Positions 36,501 to 48,529 of a stretch of DNA of 64,000 bases are shown here, one piece after another. This DNA comes from Lama glama (lineage: Eukaryota), in NCBI GenBank assembly GCA_028534125.1, contig CM052816.1, positions 17,672,001 to 17,736,000 on the forward strand. Direction: 5' to 3'. Each line of letters begins with the position of its first letter. Positions within the stretch are counted from its first letter, which is position 1. A program made the position numbers and the translations under genes. The notes under the pieces were generated by a model that saw nothing but the letters and a program-made list of their open reading frames with translations, ran no database searches and had not been told where the DNA came from.

Positions 36501-37306
36501 TACAAGCGTAAGGAGTATGGTTAGTAATTCCTCCAGTTAACAGTGGCTGACTGCCAGGTAGTCTGTTTCTAAACTGCGGTGGATTTCCCACATTGTGGGT
36601 GTGAATGATGACTTCAGAGCAGTGCAGAGGTGTCATGGCCACACCTGGAAGGGCAATCCCAGCTTTACAATCACTGAGCATGTAAGCTACAAGGAATCAG
36701 AGAGGCATATTTTACAGGAGGTAACAGAAGTCTGAGGCCCTCATAGGGGAGGGTCTTGTGGAAGTTCACAAGCTGAGGAAGAGGCACAGTGGGCCCTGTC
36801 CTTGACCATGGCCTCCCTCCCCTCTGCTTCCAGCCGCCCAGCTTGGTGGTGCCTGCAGGGACAGACAGAGACATGGCTCAGTGTGCTGGGCCCCACTCAG
36901 GGCTCATATGCGACTGGCTCTGGGGAGCAATTTAAAGGGAAGCAAAATGCTGCTTTGTAGTCATTGGAAGCATATTTATTTATTCATCATGTTTGAGAAG
37001 AGCCTCCGGTACCGGAAAGAAATGCTTCAGTCAACTGAGTTTTATTTTCTCTGTCAGTTTATCTTGAGTCCCTGTGGCTTCCCCAGCACCCCCTGTCTTT
37101 TCTCTCTTCCCATCACTAAGCTCCAATTCCCTAGTCTTCTGCAGAAGGACACCTACAGAATCTCATCTCCTAACCCACCTCCTACCCTCTGGACTCCCTC
37201 TGGCTGCCCTGAAGCCCCCAAACTCCTGCCTGATGCTTATTTTAAAAACATACATCTGACCATGTTATGTTTCTGCTTAAAGCTTGGCTCCTTGTGGCCT
37301 CCTGCA

Positions 37307-37380
37307 CCCCAACCCCCAACACAGCCCCACCCCAACACAGTCCCAACTCCAGCACATCCCAATCCCAACACAGTCCCACC
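37307..37380. repeat. Degenerate C-rich minisatellite (~16-18 bp unit, ~4 copies) within an L2-like fragment
   Basis: cccaacacagccccac / cccaacacagtcccaact / ccagcacatcccaat / cccaacacagtcccac. Confidence 0.75.
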
Positions 37381-38274
37381 GAGCTGCATCCTTCAGGCTC
37401 TGGCTTCTACCCATGCCTTCCTCACTCCTTTGTGGCTTTCTCCTGCTCTTTTCCTTGTGATTTCCTATGTATCCTGAAAGATAGCCTAAATGTCACTCTT
37501 TCAAGCTTTCCCCCTGATGGCTTCACAAATCACCCCCAACCTGGGCCCTTCCAGACAAATTGGGTGGAATTTTGCTCACCTTTACTCTGCTCTCATTTCA
37601 TCCTTGTTTATTGTACCAGTACATTGCACAATCCTTAAAGGAAATAATGCTGTGGTATACTGTGTATGTGTGCTGTATGCTGTATAGCACAGAAGGCTCT
37701 TGTTATCTGTTTCATATATAGTAGTGTGTATGTGTTAATCCTCAAATCTTAATTTATCCAAGAGGGACCATATTTGGACCATGAATTGACCCCCAGGCTC
37801 TGCCACTTTGTGACCTTGGGCCAGTTACTGACCTCTTTAAATCTGAGTTGCTTTATCTCTAGAATAAGGAGTTATATGTTCCCAGGCACTTGTAATTAGC
37901 CTGGTGTCTGGGGATTCACCTCCACAATGAACCCTCATGCATCAGATCAGAAATGGGCAGTCACCTCTGAGATACTTTGTGGTTTTTAGATCTGCAAAAT
38001 TTGACTAACCCAGAGCCTTACAGAACTTGCCACCACACGTGACCCCATGTCAAGGACTAGGAGCCATATTGCTGGGATGTTTAGGGGTGTGGCCTGAAGC
38101 AGTCTTCCACACAAACCCTAAATTCCTTTCAAGTCTGAGGTTTCATCTCAAAAACTTACTGCACATTAGGATTTTATTCCTTAATGTCTGTGGTTATTTT
38201 GGTATGAAAATGTGTAAAATGACCACCCACTAAAGTTTACATTTCAGGAATGTGCTCTCATCATAGCTGCTCTG

Positions 38275-38313
38275 GTTTGTTTGTTTGTTTGTTTATTTAT
38301 TTATTTATTTATT
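38275..38313. repeat. (GTTT)n(ATTT)n microsatellite derived from a retrotransposon poly-A tail
   Basis: gtttgtttgtttgtttgtttatttatttatttatttatt. Confidence 0.85.
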
Positions 38314-38348
38314 GCTGGTGGGGGAAAGAGATTGTCTGGCCTAATGTC

Positions 38349-38533
38349 TTTTTTGTGATTGAAGTTATAGTTGATTTACAATGTTGTATTCGTTTCTGTT
38401 GTACAGCATAGTGATTGAGTTCAGTTGTAGATATACATATGTATATATTCTATTTCAGATTCTTTTCCATTATAGTTCATTACAACTGAATATAGTTTGC
38501 TGTGCTGTACAGTAGGCCCTGTTGTTTGTCTGT
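38349..38533 (-). mobile_element. Artiodactyl-type L1 3' end
   Basis: attgaagttatagttgatttacaatgttgta...gtacagcatagtgatt...tttcagattcttttccattatag...tgtgctgtacagtagg. Confidence 0.85.
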
Positions 38534-39629
38534 ATAGCTGCTGTAGTGTTCATTGCACACTAGATATGGTGGTGCCCCTCATCCTAAGAGCTTGGTTGAT
38601 GAGAGTCTTCTCTAGGTGAGTGGAGGGAGTGTGATCTCAGGGGCCCTACAGAGCATGGTTGTCTCTTTGGTGGCTCAAAGGCCAGACCTTGGTGGAGGGT
38701 GAGTTCATTCAAGGGTCTGAGGCTGCTTAGAAAACTCTACCTCTTTGCCCAAGTAGAAACCAGATTCTTGACATTTCCTTGGAAGCAATATACCTATTTT
38801 CTATGGGAGCAGAAACAGCTTCGTCTTAAGTCCTAAATGAGAAAGCCTATGCTAAGCTTGGTTCTCAGCACATAGTAAATGTTCAAAATGTTGTTTTCTC
38901 CTGTTGAAATTACTGACCCTGCCACCCATTCACCGCAGCTCGTGTTTATCCGTCATAGGGCAAGGGTTTATCTTGCATTTGCCTGAGTCATAGTGCTTGT
39001 TACTGTTTAGTGTATGGTATTCATTTGGTCTGCACCTAATTAAGGAGCAAATGTTTATTTTCCCCTTGGAATGGAAACACTGAATTTTTTTTTAATTGAG
39101 GTAGAAGTTGCTAATTAAAACATATATTTGCATAGGAATGGAATATTTTTACAACAAAATAATTATGACTTACTGTGCTGTGAATTCTGCCTCCCGTCAT
39201 GTCTTATTCAGGTACTCACTTCCTTCAAAATCAGCTCAAGTGCAGATTCCTCCTAGGTGGCCTCCTCAGGCCCCACTCATCTCTCCCTCCACCCCTTTGA
39301 GCCGTGATCATTTGTGTCCTGAAACTGGCCCTTGGTGTGTGAGGCATTGTTTTTGTTTATTAAGCCTTTGTCTCTTTATTGATCCTAACTGGTTTCATGC
39401 TGTAGACAGACCACAGCTACCAAGAAATGCTTATTCAGTCATTGAATATGTTGTTGTTGTTGCTGAGTGACTGCAGTGTGCCAGGAGTGTGCTCTAGGGA
39501 AATAACAGTGAGCTAGGTAAGCATGATCCCTTCTTCCTGAGCGGGTGATGAAGCCAGTGCCCCTGTGAGGACACAGTAGTCCTGGAGTGACCTCACTTTC
39601 TGGCATCTGAATGGTTCTGATTATATTTA

Positions 39630-39855
39630 GGTGGCAGTACTGTACAAGGGCTCTGGGTTTGAGACTTGGGTTACAATTCTGGCTCCACCACTGACCAGCC
39701 CTGTGACCTTGGCTAACTTATTTCTCCTCCCTGAGCTTCAATTTTTTCATTTATAAAGTAGGAGTAAAAGCAAAGCCTCTTTCTTAGGTTGGGAAGATTA
39801 ATTGAGATAAGACAGTACCTGGTTCTTAGTAAATCATACTAATTTGTTGACTATT
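39630..39855 (+). mobile_element. MIR SINE
   Basis: ctggctccaccactgaccagccctgtgaccttggctaacttatttctcctccctgagcttcaattttttcatttataaa. Confidence 0.8.
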
Positions 39856-40269
39856 TGCTGTCATTTAGAAATATCTGAGCTCCTGTTGTGTGATAGGTCC
39901 TGGACTAGATGCCATGCTAAGTGTTGGGGTCTGCGTCTACATGGTGACAGAGCTCCTTTCCCTTCAAGACTTTTGGTAGTGATTTTCTTTGGCCTATGTC
40001 TCCTATCACCAATATAAACTGAATGCAGACATGAATGGATGTACAGTAAATATACCGGGTTTTGGTTTTTTTTTGATGTCATGTTCTGTTGATACTCTTC
40101 GGGCTTTAGGAGTAGAATGAATTGAAATGGTAGCATCAGGACGATATTTGGGTCTGGTTGGGTACCCTGCTGCATCCAGCAGCAACCCCAGATGGAAGGA
40201 GTCATTGCTGTCGCAGTGAGAGCCACTGTCCCGGGTGTGCGGGTCACACCCTTCCACTGGAGTCTTGCT

Positions 40270-40790
40270 GGACCTTTAGAAGGCAGATGCTGGTGCCCTG
40301 TTTCACAGATGAAACCAAGGGCCCATCCAGATTACTGACTTAGCTGTGGATGTGTGGTCAGTGAGTAGCAGAGTGGGGACCGGAGCCAGGTTTCCTGATT
40401 CCTAATCTGATCCTCTCCTGATGCTTTGGAGACTCCGGGTATACAGTCAGACACCAGCCTCACTCTGAGATACAGTTTCCTTTACTGTAAACTGGGAAAT
40501 AGCACCTACTTCTTGAGGTTTGATGGAGAGGACATGAGAGATGGTCGTGGCTCTGCACAGAGCATGGCTCCTGAGTCTGAGGATGAGCCTTTGGAAGCTT
40601 TGTCATCAATATAGCTGTGCAGAGACTCTCTGGGACCCCCTGGGATGAAGTCTGTTTCTGCACCTTACTTTTCATGTGACCTTGGATTAGTCACTGATCC
40701 TTGCTAAGCCTCAGTGTCCTCATGAGTGACATGGGGACAGTGACAGTTAACATCTGCCGTGTGAACAGCAGGTGCTCAGCACAGGTTAGT
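40270..40790. mobile_element. Cluster of three MIR fragments (~40270-40410 -, ~40455-40575 +, ~40675-40790 +)
   Basis: tttcacagatgaaaccaagg; ctctgagatacagtttcctttactgtaaactggg; tgtgaccttgg...ctaagcctcagtgtcctcat. Confidence 0.65.
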
Positions 40791-41469
40791 AACCCCTCTG
40801 ATGGTGGTGATGCTGGTGATTTTGCTTTACCTCTCCACTCTTTCCACCTGACTCTGAATGAAACCTGACTGTGGGCCTCAGACTTGGACCTTCTGTGATG
40901 CCTAGCTGCTGCATTAGCTGACTCTTGCCTTCCCAAAAGGGCCCTCAATGAGGTCCAGAAGCCGCTTTGGTACACTGAAACCAGGGCTCATTGCCTTGAC
41001 CTTCCCTAGGCCTGGCTCAGCACTGGCTTCCCGGACAGCAGCAGCATGAGTCTGGGAGGTCAATGGGAAAGCCTGGGCTGTGGATGCCTCCCTCCCAGTG
41101 CCCATGCCTCCTTCAACAGACAACCCAGAGTCCTTGGTCCAGCCGCTGCCTGGAGCTGTTAACCGTGTGTAACTCACTGAGCTTATGACCTTGTCTATTG
41201 GAAGGAAGCTCAGCGGCAGGGGAAGTAAATCTGGCAACACACGAAGTACAAATTCAGGAAATGTTGCAAATGCAGCCAGAAAGGGCTAGGACTCCTTACC
41301 CCCAGCCCTGGCTTCTGTGTCAGTCATGGACTAAACAGGTAACCACCTGGGGTCCCCCTGACCTGATCAAGATGAGATTGTTAACCAGACATCATGTAAG
41401 CAATTCAAGTGGCCATGGTTGATGACAGATCCCTGCCACAGTCTGAAGGAATGCTAAGAAATTACACCA

Positions 41470-41705
41470 TCATGTTAGCTACACTGTATTGCATACTTAT
41501 TACATGCTAAACACTTTATGCAAATCATCACTGATTCTTAGCAACACCCCTGCTGACATCAGTGCCATTAGTCCCCTCATTTTACAGTTGTGGGACCTGA
41601 ATCTCATGCTTACTGACTCACTCGCACAAGGTCACACAGCTAAGGAGTCGCTGACGTGGAAATCAGAGATATGTTTGACATTAAAGATCTTGCTCTTACC
41701 TATTA
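41470..41705 (-). mobile_element. MIR SINE
   Basis: cccctcattttacagttgtgggacctga...caaggtcacacagctaag. Confidence 0.8.
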
Positions 41706-43289
41706 TGGTAAAATGTGACCCAGGCTAATGGGAGCTCAAGTGAGGGGTTGTAGTCTCTTACCTCTCTGGACCTTAGTTTCCTCATCTTTAAAGAAATGGG
41801 AGCTTGGAAGTTCCTTCCAGAGCTGTCATGCTGGGTCTGATTTCTCTTTGGGCATCATGTGTGCATAGGGCTTGGAGCACTACCCCAGGCTTGTCTCCCT
41901 GCTGCTGTTTTGGCTACTGAGGTGAAGAGGACTGTGTTTCCACATTGCTTTGGCTCATTGGTGGGAATTATAGCTAATTGGCTTGTGGACAGACTACTAA
42001 GGGAAATGAACAGCCTTAGAAGTAAGCCCGCAAATTCCAGTCACATTGTGTAGGCCCAGCTTGTTGAACGTTCAGGGTCTGGGTGTCTCTCTTCCCTAAC
42101 TGGCATGAAATAGGACTAGGAGAGGAAAATCAGACAATTAGAAGATGAAAACTGTTGCGTAGAACCCTGGGCAAGCCTTCCCTCCCCCCACAGCCGCTCC
42201 TGCACATGTTGTCTGGTGGATGGCTTGTACAGAACATGAAAGCTCTGGGACTCACAGTGTTGACTTACTGGGGAAAAGCTTCCTTTTCATTTCCAGATTC
42301 CCCCTTGTCCCAGACTAGGGGCCCAACCTGTATTATAAATGTGTTTTGTACTCAGTGTTTTCTCTGGTACCTCCTTGAGTTGACAAACAGGGTTACTAGG
42401 AGGTTCTAAAGAACAGAATGATATGACTCATAAACAAAATGGATCATTTGAAAGAGTTTCAGAAACAAGTGCCCATTGTTCGGTCTTAATTCTCCAATGA
42501 CTAGGATGTGATACTGCTTCAAGAGTCCCCTATTAAATTAAATACCAAGACTCAGTGGTAGCCTGGGAAGTTACAAAAAAGCAAGGAAACTCTCTGTTCT
42601 TTTGATCATCCCATTTTCAGTGTTTCTTTGAGATGAATTCACATAAAACTTGGCCCAGTTTCTTTTGCCTGTTGTATGGTGTCGGGGGGCGGGTGGGTAT
42701 GTGTGAGCACATGTGTAAAAAGGGAAGCTGACAGAACGTGGAATGAAATTGAAGCTCGCATAGCTGATACACAACTGACATCTCCCATCACTTTGCTTCG
42801 TTGGAAATTTCACCCTAAAATTCTATAGAATTGGAAATGTGAGGAAAAAAATCAGCCATCCTGGATTCCTGTATTTCGTCCCAAGCTCTTTCAGTTCCTG
42901 GCTTTGTAACAAAAAATCAATATCAGATCTAGTTGTGTTGGCAAATACAGAAGCTTGAAAAGACTATGGTGGAACATTGAAAGCAATAAAAGTGCTTGAG
43001 TCTGAATGCCCAAGGAAGGACATAAAATACGTATTTATTACATTTAGTGGTTGAAGAGTTTATATTTCCTGCTTTTCTTGTGGTTTTATATTTGTGTACA
43101 AAGTATATTAGATGAATCTTTTTAAGCTTGATCCCAGTAACCAGGTGCTAATTGACCATATGAATCAGTTTTCCACGTCTAACAAAACATAACTTTCCTG
43201 GCCCTTCCCAGGCTGGGTTTTCTTTTGTATCTGATTTGATGGACACAGGGACTGAACTCCTAGGGGCCAGAATAGAAGCAAAGTACAGT

Positions 43290-43730
43290 CAAGCAATATG
43301 TGGTTGATCTGATTCAATCAAATCCGGTGCCTTCTCATCTGTCTTGCGGTTCTTGGCTCAACAAATGATTATGGAAATGGTTTCACATTTGCTGCCAGTG
43401 ATAATGTTGCCTGCTTCCAACTTTGGGAAGGATATTTACAGTGTTTCTATCAGTTTGAGTCATATCGGAGCAAAATCAAAGTCCTTCCATACCTATTTAC
43501 GTTTAAAAGCAATTCATTTACAGCGTGTGGGTCTTGCAGTGCTGGCTCCAATGTCACCTGGTTCTTCAGGGATTTGGCAGCCTTAATAGATTTGAATTAC
43601 CTAATGGAAATATATATTTTGGAAATAGGAAATCATAAGCACTCTTTGCAAGTAATTCTTACCATGGTGTGGGATTTGATATGGAAAGGAAGAAAACATT
43701 GTTGCTGCCACATTCAGGAGACTACAAATA
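43290..43730. promoter_or_regulatory. Candidate conserved non-coding enhancer
   Basis: Repeat-free; TGATTCAATCA palindrome (43310-43320), AP-1 TGAGTCA (43456-43462), TCF/LEF ATCAAAG (43475-43481). Conservation not verified. Confidence 0.4.
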
Positions 43731-43779
43731 GAATTTTTTTTTTTTAAAGCTGGCTCATCAGGTGGAAGGAAAGAAACAA

Positions 43780-43950
43780 CACTTACTGAGCGTGCTCTTT
43801 GAATTCTCACAACAACCCTGTGAAATAAGAATTATTATCCCAGGTTTGTGAATGAGGAAACAGAGGTGGAAGGGATCAGGAAAGTCACTGATGGTCACGT
43901 CATCAGGCAGGGATGAGACGGGGCTTCCCGCTCCGGTGGAGCTAGCTCAC
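43780..43950 (-). mobile_element. MIR SINE fragment
   Basis: aattctcacaacaaccctgtgaaataagaattattatccc...atgaggaaacagagg. Confidence 0.8.
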
Positions 43951-45474
43951 ATCAGTGTTCCTCCTTCTACTCCGCGGCAGAATTCTGTGTGGTTGGATTT
44001 CAGATAGAGAAAAGGAGTTTGTACAGCCTCTTTCAGGAAGGCAGAACAGCATTGTGAGAGGCTGTCTCACCCATCTAGGGGAGTTTGGCCTGGGCAGTTT
44101 TCTGAACCCCTCTTAGGTTTCATTTCCTCCTCTCTAAACATGGGAACTTTCTTCCCAAGTTCACGTGGGTGTCCTTATGGGATCGGACAGGAGTATCAGT
44201 GTGAGCCTGTCCGTGGAGCTCTCTGCCTGCCGCCAAAGAGAATCCTGTAATAGCCAACTGTGTTTTTTCTCTCCTCCTTCCTTGTAAATAGGGCAACCCC
44301 CCCCCCAAAAAAAAACAACCTCCATAAAGTGGGGAGAGAGGCTAAGCTAGTCAAAATAATTAGGGCCAAAGAAAAAAAAGAAACCCAACTAGATTGGGAG
44401 AGGATGAGGGATTTTTTGGTGAGTGCTCGTAGTGAGGCCAGCTCCCCTAGGGGCTGGGAGGGGATGGAATCTGAAACACTGTTGCCAGGGACTCTCTGTT
44501 TCCATCCTTTTTCAAGTGCTTCTTGGAGACATTAAAGGATGGAATTCATTGTTTAAGTTAAATGAATGAGCTGTGCTCTGATTTTTAAGCCATGGAGGGT
44601 TTGGGATTCAGAGGGGATGATGATTAAAAATAATTACCATGATAGAGGATGACAGGAAGCACCGTCAGCGTGGATGGAGCGTGTGCTGAGCAGACCCAGT
44701 GCAGAGTCCTTCACATGCGTCATCTCATTTCATCCTCACACAGCCCCGGGAAGCATCCAGCACAGGGACCCCGCACATTGCCTGAGCACAGAAAATCTTC
44801 CTTCTTGACCCTTTCCCTTAGTCCCCAAGTCACAATGCAGGGTGGCCGCCTCCTCCACTGCCTCTGCCCCTGCTGCCGGCTGTCCTTCATTCAGCCCCTG
44901 GCAGTGCCCCATTTACCATCTCACCCAGGTGACCTGTTATAATTTGGAGGTAAAGCCAGCACAGACTCCGGGCCAGTCTGCGATGAAGTGCTGGAACTTA
45001 GCCTACACCTCTTTCCTGACAGGCAAAATAAAAAATTTTGATTGAAAAGATCATGAAGGAAATATATATATGCATCTGTAAATCATTTACTCACCATCCC
45101 TTACACATAATAATAAATCAAGAGAATGCTGGTGCCAGTGTCGTGGTTTCAACTTAAAATAAACCTTATTGGAAGGGCTCTTTGCTGGCAGGCCTGCTCC
45201 AGGCCTGGAGGTGACCTTCATGGGGAGTGAGGGTTGTCAGTGACCCAGGTAGAAGGATAGCTGTGCTGGCCTCTGGCAGGAGTGGAAGGGATTCACTGAC
45301 AGGCCACGCCGAGTTCCCAAGCTGGATACTGGAGTACCAGGACAGAAGGAGATTGCAGCGAATTGAGACCAGATCTGAGAAAATCTGTGTCACTTCGGAC
45401 AAAGGCCTATACTTTAAAAAAATGTGTGTTCAGTGACAGCATGCCACGCTGTCATTACTCCTGATAGGCTGGTG

Positions 45475-45725
45475 ATGTTGTGGTTTAGCACGTGCCCTCT
45501 GCAGTCACCTGGTTGTATTCATGTCTGGGCTCTGATACTTACTAGGCAGTGTGTCCCTTTGGCAGGTTCCTTAATTTCTCATTCTCAGTTTTGTCACTTG
45601 TGAAGTGGGATTAATTGTCCTTTCTTTACGGGGCCTTTGAGAATGAAATAAAACAACCCAGGTATACTGCATAAGACGTTGTCTGGCAAGGAGTTAATGC
45701 TTAATAAATGTCAGCTATGGTGATA
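45475..45725 (+). mobile_element. MIR SINE
   Basis: gtggtttagcacgtgccctctgcagtca...ctcagttttgtcacttgtgaagtggga...gcttaataaatgtcagctat. Confidence 0.8.
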
Positions 45726-46469
45726 TTTATGTGAAGGTTTTCCTGCTTCTATTAATTATGCTGGTTGTAACATATTACAAGCAACTTCAATTTGTAGGAT
45801 TATATTAGCCTTTCTTAAATATGTTACCTTGTATCTCATAATAGCCCTAAGGAGCAGTTGAATAACACAGGTAAGGAAACAGACCTAGAAGAGGAAATCA
45901 CTGGTTTGTCTCATGTGCCTGTCGGGTAAAGAGCAGGACCAGAATTCAGTTGAGGGGCAGCCCGCGTTTCTCCCACTCTTTTGCGAGCCTCTCAAAAATA
46001 ACTTCCCCTTGTCTGACTTCTCCTGCTAGCAGGGACTCCTACCTGACTCTTTGTGTGTCTGGCCAGCCCCTGTGAACCGGATGGCCTTGTCGGGGGCATG
46101 CAGGTGGGCTCAGCACGGGCCGTCTGGGAGGTCGGTGCGGCTCGGCACGCAGCTGCAGGGGCTTGCCCCGAGTTCTCGGCATGCCCCCCTGGGGGGACTC
46201 AGTGTGCAGTCTTGAGAACCCCTTCCTTGAACCTGCCCTTCAGTGTGCTCCGGCTCAGGGGTTCCTATTGGCTTCTTGGAATCCACCCAGCCTGCCAGCC
46301 TTCCAGTGTTAAGTAGCTTTTTGAGCAACTCCTGTGGTTCTTCTAGGGCAGTTAAAAAGGATGATACATTGTGAATTTTGCCTTTCCAATTCTTGTGCTG
46401 CAGGGTAGTGTTAAGGTTATGAGTGTGTTTTCTGGTCCATCCACCCAGGTCCTTATTGGGCTTTACACT

Positions 46470-46660
46470 TGCAGAGCGTTTGACCTTGGGTGTTGTGTGT
46501 TGACCTCTCCCAGTAGCTTGATGTCATCTGTCCATCCAGTGGTGGCAGTGGTGGTACTTTTCCCACAGGGCTCTGGTGGGGAGGAGGTGAGTTGACTTGG
46601 ACACAGGGCTTATAACCATGCCAGGCACATGTAAGTCCTTTGTAAAGCTTAGTTAGCTGT
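46470..46660 (+). mobile_element. MIR SINE fragment
   Basis: tgaccttggg...tgacctctc...tcatctgt...atgccaggcacatgtaagtcc...agttagctgtt. Confidence 0.6.
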
Positions 46661-46939
46661 TTGTTTTTCCTCTAACTTAACTGTGCTCTTTCTGGAGATG
46701 GGCCTGGGCCAGCCTAGCAGAGATGGGCCTCTGTCTGGTTGGCTGAGCAGTGAGAAGTGCTGTTGTGCCTTCACCAGTAGCTGGACTTGATGATGCATCT
46801 TTTCTAAAACTGAGGCCAGGAAGCCACATTTCAGGATCTGAGGACACTGGACACTTGTCGTCACAGCTGCAGATGGTAGAACTACAGGATCTCTTTTTCT
46901 GCCACTCTACTTGGAGGATGACCAAGGGCTGAGTTTTTT

Positions 46940-47160
46940 CATCTCATAGCATCACAGAGGTGAAAGCCACCTGCCAGGTTGTATGGTCCAACTAGTGATT
47001 TCTTGTGAACTGTTGACTAGTTCCTGCTTGAATCCTCTAAGGGATGGGGACCTCACTACTCATAGAGCAGGCAGCTCTTTTGAGACAAAGATGCCTTCCT
47101 TTCTCTTAGATGTGTCTGCTGCCTCCTGACTTCTGCTCATGTGTTTTCCCTTCACCTTGA
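46940..47160 (-). mobile_element. L3/CR1 LINE fragment
   Basis: tggtccaac...ctgcttgaatcctctaagggatggggacctcactact...ggcagc matches the L3 3' region. Confidence 0.65.
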
Positions 47161-47239
47161 AAGTGTGCTTAGTAAAGTCTAAATCTTACCTGAGCCCATG
47201 ACACCAGAATTGTTTTTGTGTGTGTTTTTTTTAAATCAA

Positions 47240-48010
47240 GTTAATGCTATTTGCCAAATACTATGCTAAGTGCAGGCAGCACAACAGTAAATGAAAGACA
47301 GGTCCAGTCGCTCTTGCAAAGTCTGCATTCTAGGGGAGAGATACAAGTAAACGAAAAGAAATGGCTTTCAGGTGGAGAGGACTGTTGGAAAGAAACAGAT
47401 GGGTTACCATGACAGGGAATAAGTCATTTTCTTGGGTGTCACTGGGATTCTCACTTCTTGGGAGGAAGTGTTTCAGCTGCATCGTGATGACAAGGAGGAA
47501 GCCAACTAAGCCAGGGGCCAGGGAGTCTCCTGTCATGCAGGGGAAACCATCTGTGCATGGGCCCAGGGGTGGGGGCAGGCTGAGTGTGTTTGAGGAGCAG
47601 AGGAGGTGCTTCCGGAGCACACAGGGTGAGGGGACCATGGTGGGATGTGAGATTGCAGGGTTGGCGGAGGTCTCTTTGGGATTTGGACTTGGCTCCAAAG
47701 GTGATGGGCAGCCATTCAGGGGTTTTAAGCAGATGAGTCTGGCTGTTGGATGGAGACTAGATTTGGTGGGGCTCAGGGTGACGTGAGACAGAAAGTGGGG
47801 GACTAGGTGCAAGGCTAGTTGCAATAGTGCAGGTGAGCAGATCAATGATACCTGGAGTCGAGGGGAATGGAGAGTTGAGATGTGATTTAAAGGCAGAACC
47901 TGTGGGACAGCGTGATGTGTTGAACAAAGGGAATGAGAGAAAGGAGGTGAAATTAAGGCTGACTCAGATTTCCACCTTGACCGTGAGGTGGGGGTGGTGC
48001 TATTTATTGA
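47240..48010 (-). mobile_element. L2 LINE fragment (~0.8 kb)
   Basis: tactatgctaagtgc...gatgggcagccattcaggggttttaagcag...gtgcaggtgagcagat...gactcagatttccaccttga. Confidence 0.8.
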
Positions 48011-48254
48011 TGACTCTTGGAAACCATCGATGCGTTTGCCTTTTGTCCGCCTGCTACCTTGCTTCCCCACCATAGCTGAGCCAGTTCTAGCAGTGTCGGA
48101 CTCTCTCCCAGACACCATTGTGGAGATGCACGCAGCTGTCTAGGTTCTGTTTGATAAAGTTTACAAAAATCTCTGCTCTCTTGAAAGTTGTCGTGCTGCT
48201 TGCTGGACATGCCTAATAATATTGAGAATGGAATTAAAAATAATATTTGCATCT

Positions 48255-48465
48255 GATGTTTATCAAGCCAGTGCTATGGACTTCGTAGGCATGATATTGA
48301 TGCCTTGTAACAAAGCAGGAGTTAGGGGTAATGATTTCCATTTCACAGAAAAGGACACCAAGACTTGAGCTGATTTAATTAACTAGCCCAAGGCTGCCAA
48401 ACAAATAAATAGCATGAATTGAAATCTGTATCTGTCAGTATCAAGAGCCTAAGCTCTTACCCACT
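48255..48465 (-). mobile_element. MIR SINE
   Basis: tttccatttcacagaaaaggacaccaagac...aactagcccaagg...gagcctaagctcttacccact. Confidence 0.7.
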
Positions 48466-48529
48466 AGCCAGAGGTGTTCCTCATGTTGCCAGTATTCCAT
48501 CTTTTGGAAGAATTCTACTTTCCCCATCC

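Noticed and set aside
36881..37477. 198-aa ORF with a proline-rich repeat
   Set aside because: The Pro/Thr/Asn repeat is the translation of the C-rich minisatellite and L2-like sequence; non-ATG start and no splice or domain support.
45227..45436. Purine-rich 69-aa ORF resembling an exon
   Set aside because: No convincing polypyrimidine acceptor or donor and no recognisable homology.
47330..48118. Longest ORF in the track (262 aa, - strand)
   Set aside because: Lies almost entirely within a decayed L2 fragment; low-complexity S/P/L/H composition and no recognisable domain.
48287..48301. aggcatgatattgat resembles, from memory, the context of the human FTO variant rs1421085
   Set aside because: Only about 15 nt, the flanks do not match what I recall, and it lies inside a MIR; not evidence of locus identity.
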